Positions 49,681 through 56,955 of a DNA stretch of 61,595 nucleotides are shown one piece after another. A model generated the notes under the pieces. The model was not told where the DNA came from. It made no database searches and saw only the letters and a program-made list of their open reading frames with translations. The stretch spans positions 1-61,595 of the forward strand of contig JAYEFL010000330.1 of assembly GCA_034658635.1 (NCBI GenBank), read 5' to 3'. The position numbers were made by a program, and so were the translations under genes. The stretch is from Bacteroidota bacterium. GTDB taxonomy: Bacteria; Bacteroidota; Bacteroidia; Bacteroidales; UBA12481. Position 1 is the first letter of the stretch. Each line of letters starts with the position of its first letter.

Positions 49681-51831
49681 TTATTGATATGGTTTAACAA
49701 CCTCTAAGATTTCCGGTAAATCCATTCCTATTTTCTTAAGAAACTCGATTTTAGGAACTCCGTTTGAATTCCATCCACGACGTTCATAAACAGCATCCAG
49801 AAGTTTTTCATACTGCTCCTCACGAAACTTACGCAAGGCCTGATGTTTTTCGACTACGGTCATTTTTTCTGTATCCAGACCCAGATTCTCCCTTAATTGC
49901 TTATCATAACGCTCTATACGGCTCTCAAATTCTTCAAGAGTCACAGGTCCTGCAGCACGGAAAGGCTGAGCATCATGCTTTCTTGTTCCATATCCTCTTC
50001 TCAGGTTAAAGACTCTCTGGAAGTTGTATATACGCTCTGAATCCTCAATCATTCTGACATTGTCAAATTCCTTGCCAGTGACTGATTTATAGAGTGTGAC
50101 ATAATTATCCACGTGTTCAGGCACTTTTGCAGGTTCGTCGGTTTCAGCATTGTTTGATGGTTCAACATCATTCCAGGGCAATTTGCACAATCCAACCAGT
50201 CCGAACCAGGTACGGAACATAGGAAAATAATGTAAGGCCTCGGCTTTATCGGCAAAAGAAGGAATCTGATTATTCACCATGTCCATGAAAATCAACCAGG
50301 CTTCATCATGCTGAGGTCCTTTGTTTGTCATTGCAAAACCACCTTGTTGTGCCAAAGACTCTTTGGAAACATATTCTGAATACTCAAGGCCTTTATTTTC
50401 CATTCCGATATCCTGGAGGAAGTTTGGATCTCCTCCATATTCATTAGCAAAGATCTCTTTCATTTTCCTGATTCCATAACCGGCAATCTTCCCAAAGCCC
50501 TCACCCCGGGCACATTGATGAAGTAACTCAATAGCAGCTTCAGCATTTCCAAAATTCAGCTCCAGTCCACCCGTAATCTCCTTATTGATGATTCCTGCTT
50601 CGTAGCACTCCATAACAAATGCTAATAAGGTTCCCCAGGAGATTGTATCCATTCCATAGGTGTCGCAGTAAAAGTTTGCTTCAATAATGTAATACGGATC
50701 AAAGATTCCACAATTGGATCCCAATCCGGCAGCATTCTCATATTCCGGTCCATCAACAATTACGTCTTCTCCTTTGTATGGGCCTGTTTGAACAATATAA
50801 TTATCAACCCCTTTTGCACATGACATATTACAGCCAATCCAGCAACCATCGGGTGTGCCTTGTGCAAACAGCGATTTCCAAACCTCAGAGTCAATCAATG
50901 GAGCTTTCTCGTCTTTCCCAAATTTATAATTCTTAACAGGTAGCAAATCATAATCGTCCATGATCTCCATAAGGTGAGCAGTACCCTTGGTCTTCATTTC
51001 ACATTGCTCTTCATCAAGCTCACGCATTTCTTTATTAAAGCGCTTACCTCTTTCCATTATAGCCGGAAGATCTACCACATTATTAAGATTTCCCTTAACT
51101 CCGGGAATCTTGCAGACCAATGCTTTTATATGCTTACTTCTGAACACAGTTCCTGTACCACCACGACCAGCCTGCTTCAGACGTACACGTCCTTTTTTCT
51201 TATCATAGAAACTAAAGTTCAGCATTCCAACCCAGGAATGTTCAGCAGCCATTCCGGATGAGACTACAGACACATTCACCTTTTTCCCATCATCAGCGTA
51301 CATTTCGGTTAAGACTTCTGAGAGCTGATGGCTATCCATAGGCTCCAGAGGGGCTTCTTCAATACTCACCTTTCCAGTGGTTCCGTCAATCACGACAATT
51401 ACATCCTTGTCGGCTTTCCCTTGCAATTCAATGGCATCAAAACCAGAGAATTTCACAAAGGGGCCAAAATAACCACCGGCATTGGAATCAGTTACTGATC
51501 CGCTGGCTGGCGACAAAGTAACAACCAATGATTTTCCTGTACCTGAATACTGAGTGATACCACCTATCGGACCTGAGGATATAACTATCTCATTTTCTGC
51601 ATCATCCCACTTGGTTTCAGGAGTAGTAGCATCCCATAACAATCTCATGCCATACCCTTTTCCACCAATGAACTTCTCCTTCATTACGGGATCAACATCT
51701 TTTATCTGTAAAGAATTATCAGAAACATTTACATACAGAATTTTATCTGTATACCCCTTTTCTAATGGTGATACTTCATAGTTAAGCTCACCAAGGACTT
51801 TATGAGCCCCTTTTATTTCCTTGATATCCAT
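49681..51831 (-). CDS. Aldehyde:ferredoxin oxidoreductase family (tungsto/molybdopterin enzyme), long 716-aa form
   Basis: AOR N-terminal domain (...KILYVNVSD...GGKGYGMRLLW...) and Cys cluster GCWIGCNMSC. C-terminal YERRGWNSNGVPK is typical of AOR-family proteins. Confidence 0.88.
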   Translation of the reverse strand: MDIKEIKGAHKVLGELNYEVSPLEKGYTDKILYVNVSDNSLQIKDVDPVMKEKFIGGKGYGMRLLWDATTPETKWDDAENEIVISSGPIGGITQYSGTGKSLVVTLSPASGSVTDSNAGGYFGPFVKFSGFDAIELQGKADKDVIVVIDGTTGKVSIEEAPLEPMDSHQLSEVLTEMYADDGKKVNVSVVSSGMAAEHSWVGMLNFSFYDKKKGRVRLKQAGRGGTGTVFRSKHIKALVCKIPGVKGNLNNVVDLPAIMERGKRFNKEMRELDEEQCEMKTKGTAHLMEIMDDYDLLPVKNYKFGKDEKAPLIDSEVWKSLFAQGTPDGCWIGCNMSCAKGVDNYIVQTGPYKGEDVIVDGPEYENAAGLGSNCGIFDPYYIIEANFYCDTYGMDTISWGTLLAFVMECYEAGIINKEITGGLELNFGNAEAAIELLHQCARGEGFGKIAGYGIRKMKEIFANEYGGDPNFLQDIGMENKGLEYSEYVSKESLAQQGGFAMTNKGPQHDEAWLIFMDMVNNQIPSFADKAEALHYFPMFRTWFGLVGLCKLPWNDVEPSNNAETDEPAKVPEHVDNYVTLYKSVTGKEFDNVRMIEDSERIYNFQRVFNLRRGYGTRKHDAQPFRAAGPVTLEEFESRIERYDKQLRENLGLDTEKMTVVEKHQALRKFREEQYEKLLDAVYERRGWNSNGVPKIEFLKKIGMDLPEILEVVKPYQ

Positions 51832-51909
51832 ATATTTTACCTTAATTATTTTCTATAAACCAAGTAAAACAAAAATATGAAATTATCTCTGGAAACTGGA
51901 GCTAATTAT

Positions 51910-51923
51910 ATGATTTTAATCAT
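51910..51923. promoter_or_regulatory. 14-bp palindrome ATGATTttAATCAT in the AOR / DUF364 divergent intergenic region (candidate operator)
   Basis: Perfect 6-2-6 inverted repeat read from the sequence. It lies 44 nt upstream of the DUF364-like ATG and 79 nt from the AOR ATG. Confidence 0.3.
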
Positions 51924-51966
51924 TATGCATAGGATTACATATCGGTAGAATTCTTACTTTTACCTC

Positions 51967-52665
51967 ATGAAAATATCTGATCCTGTCACCCACTGTTTAC
52001 AAGAATATGGTTACAGCTCTGACCTGATTGAAGAAGTTGTAGTTGGAGACAAGTATCTGGCCTGCCTCCTTAAAAATGGACAGTTGGGTGTATGTGCTAC
52101 CCTGGGGCATGATTTTCCAGAGAACTATTCTTATTTGAGTTTACCTGATTCAAAGAAACTCTGTGACAGAATCCTGCTAAATGCTTATTTTAATGCCTTA
52201 TTGAATTATGACCGGAAGTACACCAGTCATAAAGATATTTATGATTTTATCCACTTTGAAAAGTATAAGCGGATAGTTATGGTTGGATATTTCGCATCAT
52301 TGATTACAAAATTTTATAAAGCTGGGATTCATCTGGATATTTTTGATCTTAATAAACAGCATCCTGATGTCATCCCTATGAACAGTCAGATCGATTTTAT
52401 CTCCAGGGCAGATGCAATGATTTTAACTTCCACTTCATTGTTCAATGGTAGTTTTGCAAGCTTAGTGAAAGTAAGCCGTAAGAATTCAGATATTTTCATG
52501 CTTGGTCCTTCTACGATTCTGAATCCATTCATGTATCAATATCCTAATATCTCAAAGATATTCGGAACAATTTTTCCGCAGAACCAGAAACTCGTAATGA
52601 AAATGATTAAAGAAGGACATGGAACACCTTCTTTTGGAAAACTCGGACACAAAGTATATTTGTAG
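51967..52665 (+). CDS. DUF364/DUF4213-like Rossmann-domain protein (putative metal-chelation family)
   Basis: 232 aa. N-terminal ...VVGDKYLACLLKNGQLGVCATL... and central RIVMVGYF...DIFDL resemble the DUF4213+DUF364 architecture. Identified from memory, not verified. Confidence 0.5.
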   Translation: MKISDPVTHCLQEYGYSSDLIEEVVVGDKYLACLLKNGQLGVCATLGHDFPENYSYLSLPDSKKLCDRILLNAYFNALLNYDRKYTSHKDIYDFIHFEKYKRIVMVGYFASLITKFYKAGIHLDIFDLNKQHPDVIPMNSQIDFISRADAMILTSTSLFNGSFASLVKVSRKNSDIFMLGPSTILNPFMYQYPNISKIFGTIFPQNQKLVMKMIKEGHGTPSFGKLGHKVYL

Positions 52666-52666
52666 T

Positions 52667-53251
52667 ATGAACTTTAAGGAAATTCAAAATAAACTCTCTA
52701 AATTTTCTGTAGGTATTGCAGGGGCTGGTGGTCTTGGCAGTAACTGTGCAGTTGCCCTGGTGAGATGCGGAATAGGACATTTGATAATTGCTGATTTTGA
52801 TACTGTTGAACCCGGCAATCTTAACAGACAGTATTATTTCAGGAATCAAATAGGACAATATAAAGTTGATGCTCTGAAGGAAAATCTTTTGAGAATTAAC
52901 CCGGATCTTAAGATTGATATTCACAAAAATAAGCTTGACAGTAAATCCCTTATCAGCACTTTCAATAATGTTCATGTGCTGGTGGAAGCGTTTGATCACG
53001 CAAAACAAAAAGAAATGGTAGTAGAAACTGCACTTGAAGCATGGCCTGACCGACCCTTGGTTATGGGAATTGGCATGGCAGGTTTTGGTAAAACTGAAAT
53101 TCTAAAGATCTATGTTTCCGGGAATCTGTATATTTGTGGTGATGGGACTGAAGAAATTGGTCCTAATAATCCACCGATTGCACCCAGAGTTGGAATTGTA
53201 GCTAATATGCAGGCAGATAAGACTGTGGAGTTGCTTCTGGGGATTGGTTGA
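52667..53251 (+). CDS. thiF: ThiF/MoeB-type E1-like adenylyltransferase, short family-2 ThiF form
   Basis: VGIAGAGGLGSNCAVALVRCGIGHLIIADFDTVEPGNLNRQ nucleotide-binding block. 194 aa from ATG 52667, 1 nt after the upstream stop. Confidence 0.8.
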   Translation: MNFKEIQNKLSKFSVGIAGAGGLGSNCAVALVRCGIGHLIIADFDTVEPGNLNRQYYFRNQIGQYKVDALKENLLRINPDLKIDIHKNKLDSKSLISTFNNVHVLVEAFDHAKQKEMVVETALEAWPDRPLVMGIGMAGFGKTEILKIYVSGNLYICGDGTEEIGPNNPPIAPRVGIVANMQADKTVELLLGIG

Positions 53252-53311
53252 TTGGGGGATTGATTGATTGGTTACTTTGGGGATTGGTTTAATAAGAAAT
53301 AAGTTATTTTT

Positions 53312-54448
53312 ATGAAAGTTCGATTGCTTCCTTTTGTTTTACTATTATCACTTTTAATTAGCTCTTGTTCTACTGGCAAGAAGTCTCTTCAGAAAGGGAA
53401 TTATGCTGATGCAGTTTTTAAATCTGTTGAAAGGCTTCGGTCAAATCCGGATAGTAAAAATGCCACATCTACCTTGAAGAATGCATATCCTTTAGCAGTT
53501 CAAACACTGGAAATTGAAATCGAAGAACTTCTGGGGACAAATGATGCTAATAAATATGTTTTTGTTGCTGAAAAGTATCAGATTCTTGACAATATGGCTA
53601 AAGATATCCGAAGGAGTCCTGCAGCTATGAAAATCATCTCTAATCCAAAAACCTATACCAGTCAGTTAACAGCTGCAAAAGACAAAGCAGCAGAAGAAGC
53701 TTATCAAAATGGTCGGGATTTGATGGACAAGAATACGCGCGAGGAATCACGAGAGGCCTTTTATGCCTTCCAAACCTGCCTTAATTATAATCCGAATTAC
53801 AAAGATGCAAGACGATTATTGGATATTGCCAGGGAAAGAGCTACCCTAAAAGTACTTGTAGAACAAATTCCGGTACCAGGCAGATATAAATTAAGTTCAG
53901 GTTTTTTCTATGATCAGATTCTAAGCTACCTGAATTCATCCCGCCCGAATGAATTTATTAGCTTCATGACTCCCAAAGAGGCAAAGAAGTACTCAGATAT
54001 TGATCATTTCATGCAAATGGAATTTTTTGATTTCCAGGTTGGGGCCAGCAAGGAAAACCACAAAGAAAAGGAATACACATCAAGAGATTCTGTCAAAGTC
54101 GGCTCAGCTACTATAGATGGGAAAAAAGTGGATGTTTTCAACAAGGTTAAAGCCAGCCTTACCACTCATAAGAGAGAAGTGAGTTCATCCGGCGTATTAC
54201 AAATCAGGATTATTGATGCTTACTCAAATAAAATTCTCGAACAGAGAAAACTTCCTGGATCTTTTGTTTGGAAAACAGAGTGGGCAACTTATAATGGTGA
54301 TAAAAGAGCCCTAAGTAAAGTACAATTGGAATTGTGCAAAAGGAAACCGGCATCCGCTCCGGCGCCACAAGACTTATTTCTTGAATTCACAAAGCCTATT
54401 TTCGATCAGACAAAAAACTATTTAAGAAACTTCTACCGCAGATATTAA
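53312..54448 (+). CDS. Lipoprotein of unknown function
   Basis: 378 aa with lipobox LLISSCS. The N-terminal half is helical. No recognisable catalytic motif. Confidence 0.55.
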   Translation: MKVRLLPFVLLLSLLISSCSTGKKSLQKGNYADAVFKSVERLRSNPDSKNATSTLKNAYPLAVQTLEIEIEELLGTNDANKYVFVAEKYQILDNMAKDIRRSPAAMKIISNPKTYTSQLTAAKDKAAEEAYQNGRDLMDKNTREESREAFYAFQTCLNYNPNYKDARRLLDIARERATLKVLVEQIPVPGRYKLSSGFFYDQILSYLNSSRPNEFISFMTPKEAKKYSDIDHFMQMEFFDFQVGASKENHKEKEYTSRDSVKVGSATIDGKKVDVFNKVKASLTTHKREVSSSGVLQIRIIDAYSNKILEQRKLPGSFVWKTEWATYNGDKRALSKVQLELCKRKPASAPAPQDLFLEFTKPIFDQTKNYLRNFYRRY

Positions 54449-54449
54449 A

Positions 54450-54653
54450 ATGAAATTAGTTTTAAATAACCGGGATGAGGTCTTTGATGGCAATCAACAT
54501 ACTGTTAGTGAGATTTTTAAAATCATGAACTTCACTTTTCCAAGAGTTGTCGTTAAATTGAACGGAAAACTAATTAAAAAGCCTCAATATCACGAAACCA
54601 TTGTTAACGATGGAGATAATCTTGAAGTCATTCACCTGATAAGTGGAGGCTAG
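54450..54653 (+). CDS. thiS: ThiS/MoaD-family sulfur-carrier protein (ubiquitin-like, C-terminal GG)
   Basis: 67 aa ending ...VIHLISGG. The start is 1 nt after the upstream stop. Confidence 0.75.
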   Translation: MKLVLNNRDEVFDGNQHTVSEIFKIMNFTFPRVVVKLNGKLIKKPQYHETIVNDGDNLEVIHLISGG

Positions 54654-54687
54654 GATTTAACGCTTTCATACTGATCCGGTCTTCACG

Positions 54688-54736
54688 GTGCTGCATTTCA
54701 CGATTACTACACGTTGGAATGCAGCACTTTTATTTT
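54688..54736 (+). terminator. Intrinsic terminator after thiS
   Basis: 10-bp stem GTGCTGCATT/AATGCAGCAC (54688-54727) followed by TTTTATTTT. The ATG at 54719 of the ORF-track sigma ORF lies inside the stem. Confidence 0.6.
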
Positions 54737-54751
54737 ATCTACGTCTTGCTT

Positions 54752-55309
54752 ATGAACATGAATAATACACAAACAAAAATAATTGTTCATCAGGATCTTC
54801 TGAACCGATGCCGTTGGGGTGACCAACAAGCTCAAACAGAGATTTATAATCTATACTACAAAGCAATGTACAACACCAGTCTGTATATCACCAAAAACGA
54901 AGCAGAAGCTGAAGACATCATGCAGGAAGCTTTCCTGAAAGCCTTCAAGCTTTTACAAAGCGTTAAAGTGGAATCAGGATTTGGTGGCTGGCTGAAGAAA
55001 ATAGTAATAAACAAATCATTAGATGCAGTCAGAAAACAGAAATATCATTTTGATCATGTTGATGAGATAAAAGATAATACTGTTGATTCTGGAACATTTG
55101 AAGAAACAGGAGAAAGTATCAGTGATAAAATTGCAAAAATTAAAAGAGCAATGAGCCAGTTACCTGAGAAATACCGTGTTGTACTATCAATGAACCTTCT
55201 TGAAGGTTTTGATCACGATGAGATCAGTTCAATACTGGGAATTACTGCATCAACAAGTAGAGCACAATTATCAAGAGGAAAACAGAAATTATTACAACTA
55301 TTAAACTAA
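54752..55309 (+). CDS. ECF-type RNA polymerase sigma-70 family factor
   Basis: Region 2 (...AEDIMQEAFLKAF...WLKKIVINKSLD) and region 4 HTH (DEISSILGITASTSRAQLSRGKQKL). The start is moved to ATG 54752. Confidence 0.85.
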   Translation: MNMNNTQTKIIVHQDLLNRCRWGDQQAQTEIYNLYYKAMYNTSLYITKNEAEAEDIMQEAFLKAFKLLQSVKVESGFGGWLKKIVINKSLDAVRKQKYHFDHVDEIKDNTVDSGTFEETGESISDKIAKIKRAMSQLPEKYRVVLSMNLLEGFDHDEISSILGITASTSRAQLSRGKQKLLQLLN

Positions 55310-55312
55310 GCA

Positions 55313-55885
55313 ATGGAAGCATTAGAAAAAATCATGAGAGAAAACAGTGCTGAATTCCTCAACCAGGAACCATCTGCGGGGCATTTTGAGCGATTTGATC
55401 AAAAACTGGCCAGGCAAAACAGAAATGGCAGAATAATTCATATGTCAAAGAAAATCAGTCGGATTGCTGCGATCGGTCTATTAGTACTGATGTCATCTAT
55501 GTGGGCATTCAATGAGTTTTCACAATCCAGACAACAATCAGTGAAGCTTGGAGATATCAGCCAGGAGTACCAGGATGTTGAATTTTTCTTTACCAGCCAG
55601 ATAGACTCCAGATATCAGGATATACAGAATTGCCAGATTCTTGAAGATGAAGAGTATAAATCCTCCCTTTTAGAAGAAATTAACCAAATGGATTCAATCT
55701 ATGATAATCTGCAAAAAGAATTGGGAGCCAACCCGAATAATGAAAGGGTTATACAGGCAATGATACGCCATTATCAAACAAAACTGAAAATCATGTCTGA
55801 CATCCTTGACAGACTACAAGGAATTCAAAAACTCAATAATTCTCAAATAAAAAATCAAAATCAGTATGAAAGCGTTGAATTGTAA
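55313..55885 (+). CDS. Putative anti-sigma factor (single-pass membrane protein)
   Basis: 190 aa, 3 nt after the sigma gene, with one TM helix (IAAIGLLVLMSSMWAF). Confidence 0.5.
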   Translation: MEALEKIMRENSAEFLNQEPSAGHFERFDQKLARQNRNGRIIHMSKKISRIAAIGLLVLMSSMWAFNEFSQSRQQSVKLGDISQEYQDVEFFFTSQIDSRYQDIQNCQILEDEEYKSSLLEEINQMDSIYDNLQKELGANPNNERVIQAMIRHYQTKLKIMSDILDRLQGIQKLNNSQIKNQNQYESVEL

Positions 55886-56810
55886 ATCTGGCCTCATCTT
55901 TCTGGCTCTATTAATAGCAGGCTCAAGTCTGTTTGCTCAGAAAGTTGAGAAGGACCTCCACAAGGAGTTCAAAACTAACAAATCATCAGTCCTGTCAATG
56001 GACCTAAAATTCTGCGATTTTAATGCAGAAACCTGGAACAAGAACCAGGCTGTGTTTGATGTTCTCATTACCGTTGAACATAATGAAAAAGCAAAGGCTA
56101 AAAAGATTCTTGACATGATCAAGGTAGTAATTGATCAGGATGGAAATGATATTAGCGTTGATGTGAAAATGGACAAGAAATTCAGTAATACAAATTGGGG
56201 AAAATCAAAAAAAATCAAGATTCAAATTGATGCAAAAATTCCGGCACACATCAATTTTGAACTTGAGAACAACTTTGGCTCTGTAACTGTCACTGAACTC
56301 ACCGGTGTTGTTTCCATTGAAAATAATTTTGGTTCTCTGGCAATTGACCGTTTGCTTGGGACAGAGATTGATCTCGAATTAAACTATGGGAGTGCTCGAT
56401 TTACAGAATTGGCCGATGCCAGTGTGGAATTAAATTATGGTTCTATCGATATTAAGACTGCAGCCAATCTTGATCTTGAGCTTAACAATGGAAAATGCAA
56501 TATTGGAAGTCTTAACAACATTGATGCCGAGATAAATATGGGAAGTTTAGAGCTTGGCAAAGTAGCAGCAACTTTTAAGCTTATATCAATTGAGAACAAT
56601 ATGGGTAGTGTTGAAGTAGGAATTGATCGTGATGCCGGTTTTCTGTTCACCGGGGAGATGCAGATGGGAAGCCTGGAATATCCTAAATTGGATAATTTAG
56701 TTAAATCGAAAAGCAAGATGAATCTTTCAGTTAAAGGAACTTATGGGGATGGACGTTCTCTTGTTAATGTTGAAGGCAATATGGGAAGTATTGAAATTCG
56801 ACTAAAATAA
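55866..56810 (+). CDS. Secreted beta-strand repeat protein (DUF4097 / putative adhesin-like)
   Basis: Signal peptide and reiterated N(N/Y/M)GS(L/A/V) strand repeats (NNFGSVTV, NNFGSLAI, LNYGSARF, LNYGSIDI, INMGSLEL, NNMGSVEV, GNMGSIEI). Confidence 0.6.
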   Translation: MKALNCKSGLIFLALLIAGSSLFAQKVEKDLHKEFKTNKSSVLSMDLKFCDFNAETWNKNQAVFDVLITVEHNEKAKAKKILDMIKVVIDQDGNDISVDVKMDKKFSNTNWGKSKKIKIQIDAKIPAHINFELENNFGSVTVTELTGVVSIENNFGSLAIDRLLGTEIDLELNYGSARFTELADASVELNYGSIDIKTAANLDLELNNGKCNIGSLNNIDAEINMGSLELGKVAATFKLISIENNMGSVEVGIDRDAGFLFTGEMQMGSLEYPKLDNLVKSKSKMNLSVKGTYGDGRSLVNVEGNMGSIEIRLK

Positions 56811-56843
56811 TATCAGAGGAACTTATTTGACAACTCCCGGCAC

Positions 56844-56878
56844 AATGGCAGCGGTTACAATAACCGTTGCCATTTTCA
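56844..56878 (+). terminator. Hairpin terminator after the sigma/anti-sigma/DUF4097 unit
   Basis: 13-bp stem AATGGCAGCGGTT/AACCGTTGCCATT (one G-T pair) with a 5-nt loop, running into TTTTCAT. Confidence 0.5.
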
Positions 56879-56955
56879 TGTCGTTGTGATTTAACAAATC
56901 TATGTTTGACTTGTTCCTATTAAAGAGATTGTATTCAGAAATAATAAATAGAACA

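Noticed and set aside
52607-53008. 133-aa minus-strand ORF
   Set aside because: It is antisense to the well-supported thiF gene and the DUF364 3' end, with no motifs.
54449-54450. TPP riboswitch upstream of thiS
   Set aside because: There is only a 1-nt gap to the preceding gene. The 60-nt spacer before the lipoprotein gene is a short G-run repeat, not a riboswitch-sized structured element.
54719-54751. Upstream start of the ECF sigma ORF (MQHFYFIYVLL...)
   Set aside because: The ATG sits inside the thiS terminator stem and the encoded residues are not sigma-like. The start was moved to 54752.
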